In this document: piece by piece, positions 11,590 through 24,069 of the stretch
Layout: each line of letters starts with the position of its first letter
How positions within the stretch are numbered: position 1 is the stretch's first letter
Source: Mobula hypostoma
Lineage: Eukaryota
NCBI RefSeq assembly: GCF_963921235.1
Contig: NC_086106.1
Location: 22,010,001 to 22,074,000 of the forward strand
Direction: 5' to 3'
Length of the DNA stretch: 64,000 nt
Program-made: the position numbers and the translations under genes
The notes under the pieces: generated by a model
The model's input: the letters and a program-made list of their open reading frames with translations, nothing else
What the model was told of the DNA's origin: nothing
Databases searched by the model: none

Positions 11590-14400
11590 TACTTTTCCAA
11601 GCGCTATGTACCTATTCAGGCACTCTTATAAATACCCCATCATATCCTGCTCAACCACAACGCCGTCAGCCCATACCACGCAATCGCCACCCTCTGCGTA
11701 AAAAAAAACTTACCCCTGCTATCCTTCCAAGTACTTCAAAACTGTGCCTTTCTCGTGATAGCCATTTCAGCCCGAGGGAAAAGCCCCTGACATCAAAACA
11801 ATCAAAGCCTTTCATCATTTTATACACGTATAATCAAGTCACCTCTCATCCCCCGTCGTTCCAAGGAGAAAAGGTCAAGTTCACTCAACCTATTCTCGTA
11901 ATCCATGCCCCACAATACAGGCAATAACCTTGTAAATCTCCTCCGCACCCTTGCTATAGATTCCACATCCATCCTGGAGTGAGGTGACCAGAACTGAGCA
12001 GAATACTCCAAATAGGGTCCGACCTGTGTGCCATATCGCTGTAACATTACCTCTCGGCTATTAAACTCAATCCCATGTTTGATGAATTGGAATGCGTATG
12101 TGTTCTTAACCACAGTGTCCACCTGCGCAGCAGCTTTGAGAATCCTGTGGAATCGTACCGAAAGAACCCTCTGATCCCACACACAGCGAAGAGTCCAACT
12201 ATTAATACTATATTCTGCCTCCATATTTAGCCTACCAAAATGAACCACTTCACACTTATCTGGGTTGAACTCCATCCACCACTTCTCAGCTCAGTTTTGC
12301 ATCCTATCCATGTTCCGCTGTAACTTCTGACAGTTCTCCAAGCAATCCACAATACCCCCAACCTTTATGCCATCAGGAAATTTACTGAACCATCACTCCA
12401 CTTCGTCATTCAGGCCATTCACTGTGAGACCTGACACCTAATCACGGTCATTTCCCAATACCATACCAAACATAGCCTCTCCTGTCGTCGGCTTATCAAC
12501 ATATTTTGTCGGGATCACCTTGCTGACACACCAAACAAACCCACCCTATCTAAACCCCTTGCTCTAGGGAAATGCAAATCAATATTTGGGAGCTTAAGAT
12601 CTGCCACCACGACAACCCTGTTATTATTATAGCTGTCCAGAATCGGTCTCCCTACTCTCTTCCTCAAATGTCCTTATTACCATTTGGTCGACTACAAAAA
12701 TCACCCAGTAGAGATATTGACCACTTCCTGTTTCTATCATACAACCACATAAACTCAGTAGACAAATCTTCCATGATTTCCACATTTTCTGCAGGGGACA
12801 TTATCTCTGATTATCAGTGCGACTCCCACACTTATTTTGCCTTCCTCCCTGTACCTTATGAAACATTTAAATCCTGGCACTTTTAGTAATCATTCCATAG
12901 GCAATCGTGTTTCTTTCGTGTGTCCACAGTTTCGCTGCCTGACCTCTTAACTATAGAGTTCCTTGTCAATGACGCCTTCTTCATTTCCCAACCCCTCTCA
13001 GCCCCAGGGCCAGGATCAGTGCCTGAAGCGCAGCCACATTTGCTTCCCCCTGAGCCATCCAAGTCTCTGTAATGGGCCCAACATCATAGCTGTAAGTTAA
13101 TGCGCTTAATTCATGATGCTTCTTGCATTAAAACAGACACATATCAAATAATCATTCGGACCGTATCCCTTCTTGATCATCTCCCCATTTTCCCTCTCGC
13201 ACCTTCTCCACTATTTTTCTATATGTGAGCCCAACGCCGCTAGCCCCGTCTCTTCAGTTCGGTTCCCACCCCTCAGCAATTCTAGTTTAAACTCTCCCCA
13301 CGGAGCAAACCTCCCTGCCGTGATCGTGGTCCTCGCGGATTCAAGTGCAAACCTTCATTTTTGCAAAAGACATACCTGATCTCAAAGACTCCCAATAATC
13401 ATAAATCTGAATGCCTGCCCCTGTTTCAATCACTCAACCGCGCGCTTATCCCCTACCTCGCTCAATTCTCATACTCACGGTCGCGTGGCACAGGCAGTAA
13501 TCCCGAGGTTACTACATATGAGGGACTGCTTCTCTACTTACTTCCTAACTCTCTATCGTGGTGTTCGGGACATTCTCTTATGTCCTACCTATGTCGTTGG
13601 TACCAAATACCGCTGGTTGTTCACCTGCCCACTTCAGGATAGCGTGGACGCGATCACAAACATCCCGGTCCCTGGCTACTGGAAGACAAACTGCTATTCG
13701 TGTTTGTTTATTATTTATTTGTTTTTTTGTGTATTTGTGTGTGTCCAGAGATTCGCTGCCTGATCTCTTAACTATAGAGTCCCTTATTAATGTTGCATTC
13801 TTCCTTTCCCTACCCCATGAGTCACAGGTCCAGACTTAGTGCCTGAGGCGCGGCCACTTTCGCTTCCACAAGGTATGCTTTCCACCCCTCCACCGTTACT
13901 CAAACAGGGGCATATATTTTTAAAGGGGGCATCAACAGGGGTACTTTCTACTAACTGACTGCTGCTGTTCCCTCTCCTGACTTGCACACTTATCTGTATT
14001 CCGATGCCCCGGTGTAACTACTTGACTATAGTTCCTTTCTATCATCTCACTTTCCCTGAATAAACGAAGGTCATCGAGCTGCATCTCCAGTTCCCTCAAC
14101 CGGTCCCTAAGGATCTGCGGCTTGACGGAACTGCGGCAGATGTGACCGTTGGGGAAGCTGGGTGTGTCCCGGATATCCCACATTTGACACTCAGCACTGA
14201 ATATCGGTCTCACAGTCATACTGATTGTTTCTATTCCGAACAGGTAACTTACCTCTCCTCGACCCGTTATTGCCGAGGCCAAATGAGCCAAAGCCATGCC
14301 ACTCTGCCTCAGATCACTCCATCAAAGACCGATCATTTGACAACCGCTCCGCTAGGTAGAGTCTCCCTTTTATGCCTGAAACTTCTCTGCTGTTTACCTT
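11590..14400 (-). mobile_element. CR1 LINE, internally deleted and decayed (ORF1 fragment, endonuclease fragment, RT C-terminus)
   Basis: MEFNPDKCEVVHFGRLN...YSAQFWSPHSRMDVESIARVRRRFTRLLP (11820-12275). ORF1 CQMWDIRDTPSFPNGHICR...LEMQLDDLRL (13932-14297). Confidence 0.85.
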
Positions 14401-14425
14401 ACGATTTTTGTTCCGGTTAGAGCTG

Positions 14426-14650
14426 CTGATAGGCCAGATACAATAATCTAACGATCTCGAAGCTCTTTTTTTTCTTTTCAATAACCGCCGTCGAACCGCG
14501 AGAAATTGCTCTTGGAAAAGCTTTCTTGACGCACTGCTAGGCCACGTACAATGCACTAACATACTCGAAGCTCCCTTTGTTTCAAATAACTGCAGCCGAC
14601 CTGAGAAAAATCCCTCTTGATAAAGCTGCCTTGACGCCACTGATAGGCCA
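14426..14650. repeat. Diverged tandem repeat, about 107-bp period (two units plus start of a third)
   Basis: Units begin ctgataggcca (14426), ctgctaggcca (14534) and ctgataggcca (14640). Shared internal blocks: tacaat..ctaac..ctcgaagctc, and ctcttg..aaagct..cttgacgc. Confidence 0.7.
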
Positions 14651-14699
14651 CTTCCCTTTCGGCGTCCTTTCTGCACTTATGGGTGCGCATTTTGTTCAT

Positions 14700-17400
14700 C
14701 AACGTGAGTACTGATTAGTGCGAGTTTAATAATGTGATAATATGATATGTGTTTTTAAACAAACATTCGGATGATCTTTTTCGCTCCTTTCCTGATTTTT
14801 CTTTGCCGTTTTGCAACAGTTTTGCTTTATTTTTAGGAATTTTACGAAAACTGTTGTAAGGTAGTAATACTTACAGAAGGCGTTAAGTATTTTTTTAAAT
14901 ATGTGTTTGTCAATATTATCGGTGCCAGGACGATTACAGGTGTGAGTATTTTTTATTTTTATATAAGCGTTTTTTTTTACATCAGATATTTGCATATCTT
15001 CAATTTTATGTGTGTTGAGTACCTGCCTAATCAAGCATGTCTCTTGATCATGAGGCCTGTTACCGGTCCAGATTTTAAACATGGAGTACACAATCTCTGT
15101 GTTGGTGAGTAATGCATTGCTCCGGTTGCTAGCGTGTTGATGATTAGAATTTTGTACCAACGTCCAGTATAAATACGTTGATGGAGATTGTCAGTAACCT
15201 TACTCATTTTATTTCAAGCAGGAGAAAAGAATGGCAACTGGACTTGCTGCATTGTCCAGAAATGTTTTCGCCACTTATTAGAGAGGCTTCTTCAGTTCAT
15301 CCCATGGCCTGTAGATTTCAACGTTATGTGTGTTCGTCCACTGTCGACGTCGATGAGGACCTCAACACCATTATGATGGCGTCGAGCCTAGCGCGTCATT
15401 TGGATTTCAGTGAGGGAGAGTTGTGTAGCGTCAGCCTTGCTCTATCTTCCCAATTCCCATCTGGATCCAGTGGCGAGACAGAGTCGCGGAGGCTGGAGAT
15501 GGGATTAGGCGCAGTGGATCACCAGGACCTGATCTGTGTCTTCTCCTGCTCTACACGTACACGACTCTTGCAGAGACCGCCTTTTTTACCGTTGGGCCTT
15601 CCATTAGTCTCGTTCGCTCAGTCCGCCAGAGTCTGCCTTCGCATGCTAGAAAAGACAGCTCCCAATCTCACCGAGGGTTTGAGAGCCGTCGGCTACCCTC
15701 ACTTGGTTTAGCCGACATGGCGAAGCCGTTGGCCGTGGTGTGGCCGCTGTCGCATGCAAACAACTACGGGGAGCCACAGGTCAGAAATGAGTGCCAGTTG
15801 GGGACCAAATGTGGACGAACCGCCTTGAAAAGGACGTGACCTGTTTCCGCACCAGAGGTGTTATCCCTCCCTGTCACCCCATTACCTCAGATTTCAACGA
15901 TATAAAGCTATAACAATCACATGAGCATTGCTAAGAATCTCGAACGTGATGAGAGGGTCATTAATCTCATTAATCTTTCGATGAATAGGCATGTTTCCAT
16001 GCTGTGCAGATTTCGGGGAGAAGATTTAGGACGGCATTGTAAATAGCTGAAAGGTGATATCGAACCTTAGTTTGACGAATATGACTGATTTAACCCCTCT
16101 TTCAAACCACCTGCCGTCCCTGTCCCAATTATGGACATTGCTATCATTAAAGATTGTGTTCAGGCAGGACAACTGGTTACAAAGCCATTTTGCCATCTTT
16201 GTCAAATTGGAAAACCCATCCTTGAACAAAGGTCGGTGTGAGGTGTAATTGTTGATCTTTCATCAACTCACAGAGTTCATAAGCGGAAGAAATACCCACC
16301 ATGGATTTAATTCCTATTCTCTTCCCTCTTAACTTTTCTCCTGTCATTATCCCTTTTATAAACCATTTGGTTTCCTACGCATGCTCTTAAAGTGTTGTTA
16401 TTGTTTTTTTTTTCTGAATCTATCTGCTCTTTACTGCTCTCCTTTCTTAATTCAGTGCCTCTGTCGCCACTGCATCACACTGCTGAAAAGGCTGTGCAGT
16501 AAGTTATTGTGTGATTTTGCCTAGGGCTGCAAATGTGTAATTATTCCCCTACATATTGTCATAATGTACTATTCTTCAGACGATTGACAATTTCCGCCAA
16601 TGTTGATGACGTGGTGGTGTCTTTTTCAATGATCATTGTCATTTCAATCAACAATTTAGTTGATGGCATCTTGAATATTTTAATTGTTATCACTCTATGT
16701 TGTTCGGAGCTTCGTTGTGCAGTTCATTGCATGAAAGGGTATTGTTCTCTGAACTGTTAATGACTTTTTTTTTACTGTATGTTGTCATATTAACCTCGCG
16801 TTGCTTTACTCGAACAAAATAGAGGCAGAATAAACGTGCTAAGTTCTAATGAGTATTTCGTGCTTGTTTTCTTCGCTCTTAAACGCTTCAATGCTTTCAA
16901 TTGCATGCGGACTTCTGCCCTGAGAAAACTTGCAATTGTCGCAGCTTGAGGTGTTGGTGAGCCACGTTGAATGCCGGCTGCATCTTTCTCCAATTTCCCG
17001 GTGACTGTTGGTCTACTCAACAGTTATCCGCGAGCAGCTTGATTACAGCTAAGCCCAGTGTTAGCCCTAGTTCTATAATAATGAGAGCATCCCGAATCAC
17101 GTTTAAATACCGTTTCTGTCTCAGCGTTAATGTTTTGGTGTGCCACACTTGTTCCACGATCAGCAATACCCTGAGGTATAAGAATAACGAATATAATGTA
17201 TATATTTTGAAATATATTAAATATCCTCTCATTTACTTAAACTATTTTTTTCTCATAGACACCAATTACTTCCTTCTTTGTCAGAGCCATTTCCATCCTC
17301 ATTTGTCTGCATTGCCTGGAGCCTCTCTTAAATCATGTAACCAACTAATTTGCATTCCTGTGTATCGTCGCTGATGTAATTTACGTTGAGTTGTCATTTG
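14700..17400 (-). mobile_element. Highly decayed L1-like LINE remnants
   Basis: AEVRMQLKALKRLR..KYSL (16790-17020) resembles an L1 ORF1 C-terminus. NWDRDGRWFERGVKS (16026-16229) resembles an L1 ORF2 C-terminal region. No long ORF survives. Confidence 0.4.
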
Positions 17401-18046
17401 GGTGCAGGCGAGATCACACCCCGTACATTCCTCACAGCTCAGTAGTGGATAGCAGAATCGGAGGGAGTTGATAAGCTTTTCTACGAGACGAAAATACCAG
17501 GGAAAAAGAGAGATTATTCGTTGATAAAACTTGTTTGATTTTTTTTTGTTTGTTTTTTTTTAACATTTGCAATTGGCCTCGTCTAATCGAGAAACAATTA
17601 TGGAAATGTAAGAATTCCACAAAGTTACTGCCTTTTATGTTTAACTGCAGAATAAGTGGAGATTAGTAATCTGTTTGGGCTTCGTATCCAATTTTGTTCA
17701 TATTATCTTGTTCGCAAGACGTATTTCTAGCTGTCTGAAAATTGGATTTATAGTCTTCTCTGTTCCCCTGTTTATTCACTAGGGTGAAATATTACCAAAT
17801 GAAAGGGTTTGAAGTAAGCGAACACCTCCACGTTGAAGACAGAGAACAATCTACACAACCCTAACAAAACAGTCCACATGAATGTTTTACGTGATTATTT
17901 CACCAGACAAAATGTTGTTACGTTCTCTGTTTTATCGGAGACCAAGTTAAGATCAGGTTCATTATCACTGGCAAATGTGGTCGACATTGCGGCAGCATTG
18001 AATTTAAATATAGAGTAATAATCTTGTGAATAATTCTGTGAAATGC

Positions 18047-18049
<3 letters not shown>

Positions 18050-18122
<73 letters not shown>
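18050..18122. repeat. Compound microsatellite (GT)n(GA)n
   Basis: Directly visible. Confidence 0.95.
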
Positions 18123-18126
<4 letters not shown>

Positions 18127-19159
18127 ATTACTTAGTTTTCATAGATTCATTGTCCATTCATAAATCTGATAGCGGTGTCAGGAACGTGTTCCTGACTCGG
18201 GGAATGTTTGCATTCAAGCACCTGAACTCCTTCTTGATGGCAAAACTGACAAGTATGCAAGTTCTTTCAGGGCGATGCACACCCTTAATGTTGGAAGCTG
18301 CCTTTCTGATGCATCAGTCCTGAAGATGTCCAGGGCGATGTCTGGGCCAGTGCCCGCGATGGAACTGAGTGGCTTTACAACTTTCTGCAGCTTAGATCGA
18401 GCACTTGCATTTGCTCTTCCATCGTAACAGACGCTGATGCATTTCGCTATAATGCTTCCCCGGATATCTGTAGCAATTAGAAAGTATCTTTCACAACCAC
18501 GATTTCAGCAGAGCAGCAGATACGGCAATTGCGCTCGTGAATATGCAAGTGTCAGCTGATGGTTACTTCTTTGTGATAGTATTTAACTCCATTCATTATA
18601 TCGTTCTATTTGCCGAGGCTTGGACACGGACACAGCAACGTTTGCAGCCTGCATTCTGCCTCGCCTGAAAAATTGTACAGTCATGTCAGCTGACTCTGAA
18701 GACTAAGGGTATTCGATTTATTCTTAGTAGTTCTTCTCTACCGCAGTGTAGCTAGTTCACCGTTTGAGACTTTTAGCTAACGGTACCGCATTGGCATGGA
18801 GTTCATTGTTTTCTTTTCCCTTTAACTCTGTTCGCATTAAAGTCTGTGAAATATCGACGTACTTCAGTGTCTTTCCCTCCGCACGTGGACCATATCCGAA
18901 CTGCTTACAGTATCTTTGGAAACATACAAAATCTCCTCGACCTGTCGTCCTTTCTAAATAACTGCTTCAATATGCTGAGGCAGATTAGATCCCCAGAGAT
19001 AATGACACAATGGGGCTTGCATTTAAGTCAATTTTCCAGTTGTGATTCGAAAATAACAAACTGTCTATGTTTATTCGTCTTACCCTTTCCGAAGCCCACG
19101 TTCCATTCATTCATCTTACAGACGATGAGAGCAGTTTTGTTGCTGCGACGCAACCCAAC

Positions 19160-20190
19160 TAGCTTCTTTCATTTCAAATCTTTTTATTGTATATAGGAAA
19201 AATAACGAGTAAATCGAAGTAACAACACATAAAATGCCTCATAAAAACATAATCTTAAAGACGGAAAACAATGTTTTGTGATAAGAAAAAAAAACGTACA
19301 CTGCAGAAAAGTGAGAGAAAAAAAAAAGTGAGAATCCATTAGGAGTACATTCCGGAGCTATGCGTCATACAAAAAGCTTCTAACAAAAAAAAAACAAAAA
19401 CAAAAAAAAAAAAACGCCATCAAGAAAAGAAAATATACTAAAAAGGATTATAATTAGATCTTGGAAAAACTGTACCAACTCAAATGATAATAACGAGCAA
19501 ATGAGTCCCATCTTTTCTCAAAAAATCAAATAAAGATTCAAAGATTCGACTTCTCATTTTCTCCTAACTAAGGCATAGCATCACTTGAGAGAACCATTGT
19601 GACAAAGTGGATGCAGAAATACCAAGAATATTTTGATGAACTGTTCCGAAAAGGACAGTTAATCTATTAGGTTGTAAATTATTTTTAAGCGTTTTAGAAA
19701 TTGTTGAGAAAACCAACTTCCAGAACTGTTCCAATATGGAGCAAGACCAAAACATATGTGTCAGTGTAGCTATCTCAGTTTTACATCTATCACAATGACT
19801 ATCAGCATACGGAAATGTTTTAGAAAGTCTGTCCTTTGTCAAAAGATAACGATGTACAATTTTAAATTGAATCAATGACTGGGTAGCACAAATTGAAGAA
19901 GAACTAACCAACTTCAATATCCGCATCCAATCCTCCGTCATAAAAGTCAAATTAAGTTAACTTTTCCCAATCCGGTTTAATCTTAGATAAAGGACGCTTA
20001 TCCCATTGTAATAATAAATTATGAATTCTTCCAATAGAACCCTTAATCAAAGGATTCATACTCATAACAGTATCCAACCCAGCTAGCTGATATAGTGGTT
20101 GAGCCCAGGGGCTTTTCAGCAATGAGCCAGATTTCCTGAGACAGATACGGTAGAAGATCCTTTTCTGAAAAATCATCATAATATGGCCTA
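19160..20190 (-). mobile_element. L1-clade LINE 3' fragment (ORF2 C-terminal cysteine-rich domain and 3'UTR)
   Basis: ICATQSLIQFKIVHRYLLTKDRLSKTFPYADSHCDRCKTEIATLTHMFWSCSILEQFWK (19564-19950). AATAAA near the 3' end at about 19183-19188 on the minus strand. Confidence 0.85.
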
Positions 20191-20309
20191 ATTCACCCTA
20201 ATCCTTGAGACTGAGAAGCACAATTCATAAGTATCAGTATTAGGTTTGAATAACAAAAAAAAATATGGAGCTATGAGAGACGGTAAAGATGTAATACAAA
20301 AGTAAGCTA

Positions 20310-20940
20310 AGAAATAAAATTGAATAATTAAAGCACATTTCTTCAGGTATAATAATTTTAAACGAGAGACAAGAGTGGAAAACGATGCCAGAGAGGTTGC
20401 AATGTACAACAGTGAAATGACGAACGACCTGCATAAGTATTTTGCAACAGTATTCACTATGGAAAATACTAGCAGTATGTTGGAATTTCCAGGAGTCCGT
20501 AGTCATGAAGTCTGTGAAGTTACCATTACCTCAGAGAAGCTACTTGGAAACTGAAAGATCTGAAGGTAGATGCTACTTGGAACAGAGTCTGTACACACAA
20601 GCTTTCTGAGAATGGTCGCCTCAGAGATTGTGGAGGCATTAGTAATAATATTATAAGAGTCGCTTGGCTCTGAAAAAGTTCTGCAAGACTGTAATGCAGC
20701 AAAAATCGCTGTACTCTTCTGTAACGGAGAGAGCAGCGGAAAGGATATGATAGGACATTTTGTTTGAGTTCAGGTCTGAGCCTTTCGGCGAAGATGTTGC
20801 AGAAGATTATTAAGGATTAGCTCTCAGGTTTATGGCAGTAATCTTTGCTCCTTAAGGCAAAATCTGGCAAATCTGTAGCAATTAGTTGAAGAAATAACAG
20901 GCAACATATACACAGTAGAATTGATCAGAATCGTGCGAAT
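20310..20940 (+). mobile_element. Degenerate CR1 ORF2 fragment
   Basis: Nucleotide similarity to the CR1 at 55900-56400: 'ttgcaacagtattcactatggaaaatac' and 'gagattgtggaggcattagtaataata'. Confidence 0.55.
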
Positions 20941-22358
20941 CAAAATGAGGTTTATTATCAGGGGCATGTGTCGTGTAAAGTGTTAACTTAGCAGCAGCAG
21001 TTCATTGGAATTCATTAGCGAAAGAATGAAAACATAATAATATAGCATTAATAATAAAAATGAAATAAGTACATTAATTTCAGTATACGTGTATTCAATA
21101 GATTAAAGTTTTTGCAAAAACAGAAAATAAACATATATATATAATGTGAGGTGATTTTCACTGTTTCAATTAGAAATAGGATGACAAAGCTGATTTTGAA
21201 TCCCTGCTTTGTACCTCTGACCCAACGGAAACAGCGAGAAAACGGCATGTCCCGTGTGCTTGAGGTACTAAATAATGGACACTGCCTTTTTGAGACACCT
21301 GTTTGTGAAGGTGTCCAAGGTACATTGTAGGCACCTACCAGGGATGGAGCCGATTCAATTTACAACATTCTGCAGCATCTTTCGCTCCTGTGCAGTAGCC
21401 CCTCCATACCAGACAGGGATGAACCGGTCGGAATGCGCACCACGGTTCATTTATTTAAGTTGTTGAGTGTATGTATTGATATATCAAATCTCTTCAAACT
21501 CCTAATGTGTGGTAGTCGCTGTCTTGTCTTCTTTATAACTGCGTCGATATGTTGCGACCAGTCCACAGAGATCTTGACTGCCAGGAATTTGAAACTTATC
21601 AGTCTCTCCACTGTGATCCTTCAATGAGGATAAAAAATACAGTAGACTTTACGAGCAGTGCCCTTTCGGCAGGAAGAAGGGTCTCAGCCCGGAAAGTCGA
21701 ATTATTATTTTTTTTTTTTTAGATGCTGCCTTGCCTGCTGAGTTTCTTCAGCATTGTATGTCGGTGTGTGTGTGTGAGGGGATGAAAATTTCTAAAACAC
21801 TGGTGAACCTCAACTGGAATACCGCGAACAGCTGTGGACCTCTCATCTTGATGGCTCTGGCCTAATTTCAACACCTTTCAAAAACGGCGAGGGAGTGAAT
21901 ATGCAGAGGACGTATACTTTGTTGGCAAAGTTTAAAATCGGAGTCCGCAGCCTAATAATATATTGCCGTCCTTGAGAACGGAAATGAAGAAGTATCTCTT
22001 GATCCAGAGATTGCCTTGTCTGTGGAATTCTTTTCACAGTCTGTTGTGGAGGTCAGCTCTTCATGTGTATTTAAGTCTGGGGTTGATAGATCATTGTTTG
22101 GTTAGGGCATGAAGGGATACAGCAACAGGCAAGATATTAGAGATGAGTGGAAAAAAAAAACAGATTAACCATAATGAAATGGAAAAGCATACTCGATGAG
22201 CCAAATGGCTAAGTTGTGCTCCTAATCTTATTGTCATATGGTCGAAATCTTTCTCCTGTACGCCATACTGTCGTTTTGTGAAAATTTCCAAAAAACAGCT
22301 GTATCGTTAGCAAACTTTTAAGGACATTTAAGGTACTCCCAGTCATACAGGTATTGGG

Positions 22359-23078
22359 CAGAGTGCTAGAGCAGAGTATTAAGTACACATCGTTTGCATG
22401 CGGCTGCGTTTATTGTGAGCGAGGTAAATAACTTATTTCGGATTGGTACAGACTGCGTTGTTCCGGGGTGATTTTCTCTGATCCTATTGCAGGGTGAGAC
22501 GCAGAAGCATAAGCTTTGGAGCTTTTTGATTAGATCTGTAGTCATGATCACGCTTAAGGTTGAGCTGTTCTGAATAATCTGCATAAATATTGGTATTATC
22601 CGGGTGATTCAAGTCCGCAAATATAACAATTAGATTGCCTCCATTCCAGGCAAATTGTATCGATAGGCAAATTACAGTTGTTCCTGGGTCTCAGAAATCG
22701 AAGACGAAAAGCCTCTGGAGGTCCGAAGCGGCGACATGCAAATTATTCGACTAATATGGCGTTGTATTTTACATTTAGCACGCACACTATATTCATCTAA
22801 TGCTCATTAAGAGAAGCTGCATCAGTGCGAATTGATTTGCTATTGATGGAGGAGGGACATCGACTTGCTCTTCGGAGCTCAGATTGGTTCACGATGGACA
22901 TATGTAGTAGTGACTCCTTAAAATAAACTCAGTCTGGCATTGTGTCATAGGATCGAAAAGGATGTAGACAGGGGCAATTTAGAACCCAAGTAAATAGAAT
23001 AATGTTTATGTATTCCGTGGGGATTTCACCTGAGACGGAGTGCAATATCAGTAAAGACAAATTTAAAATTTTGCCTAT
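22359..23078 (-). pseudogene. Candidate heavily decayed TCR V pseudogene (leader-like exon plus V remnant)
   Basis: Leader-like 49-nt block 23078-23030, (ATA)GKILNLSLLILHSVSG, followed by donor gtgaaa. FR2-like HDYRSNQKAPKLML at about 22550-22505. FR3-like KLFTSLTINAAAC-ND-V-T*YSAL keeps the register of LTIPAMRLYDMATYYCAV after two small indels. Then heptamer-like CACTCTG (22365-22359). No nonamer, both Cys lost or doubtful, FR1 spacing irregular. Confidence 0.35.
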
Positions 23079-24069
23079 CTCCTTCTTTGTTTCTGGTTGG
23101 CGATATTTAAGTAGCACATCATATCAGCACAGGTTCACTATTATAAAACAGAATTCGAAAAAAAAATGTCATGCCACATATTAACATAGGCTGGCGTATT
23201 TGATACCATCAGTATCGATCGAAGTGCTGTGTGATATAGGATTTGCCTTTCTAGACTAATTTTTACAGAAACACATCAAATATCTACACGGCCGACACGC
23301 CATAGCAACCGCTTCTCCCGTCGTGCTATAAATGGCAATCTGTTCTTTCTGTTTCTTGGTTACAACTGTGTTGCAGAAGAAGCCTTCCATTCCGAAGGTA
23401 TCTAAAATGATTTTCTTTTCAGGAAAACATTGCTCCTCTACCAACCTTACACTGGTTGATGAAACACTCATTCGCATCTTGTCCATACATCGCAAGCAAA
23501 CGACAAAACTAAGCAATTACCTTCTATTTGGGTTTCTATCTCACAGTCCCCACATCGAGAAAATCGTGTTTCTGTTATCTGCAGCTCTTTTCGCCATTTA
23601 ATGTACATGCATGCATGCATCAGATTTTTTTTTAATAAACTGTGACCACTTATACTAATTTCCAAGGGGTTCCCAATAACCACAGTAATTGCAACAGCTA
23701 TCCTTCATATACAAATTAGCAAATTACCTGGGACTTCCACAACCCAATATCAAGAAAATTCAATTCACCAACATCATTTAATTTGTAGCCGTGTTTTGTT
23801 CTTCTTCATTTTTTCTGCGCACAAGTGTTTCTGCACACTTGAAGGTCACTCGACACTTTTTTCCCCTTTTTTCCCCTTTCTATTACTAAATTTATTTGCC
23901 TTTCGCTGATACCAGAAAGCAATTTGTCTCTTTTCCAAATGTTCCATCTGCTCAGCCTCCATTTCTTTTCCAGAAGCCCACTCAACCTTTAAAAAAAAAC
24001 GATTTACTGAACCTGCAGTTAATCATAATAATCACCTTCATGTTCCCGCGTTGTCACCAGGCTTCCTTT

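Noticed and set aside
15178-15711. 177-aa plus-strand ORF
   Set aside because: No recognisable domain or splice context. It lies inside a decayed minus-strand LINE-like block and is probably a chance ORF.
17860-17935. Minus-strand ENVTTFCLVK*SRKTFMW, resembling a C-domain B/C strand
   Set aside because: Short, contains a stop, lies on the opposite strand to the TM exons, and has no second half of a domain.
23332-23601. SGKHCSSTNLTLVDET, resembling an IgH secretory tail (GKP..VN.S....DT)
   Set aside because: No penultimate Cys or stop at the expected distance, no GGTAAA internal donor, and no upstream CH domain.
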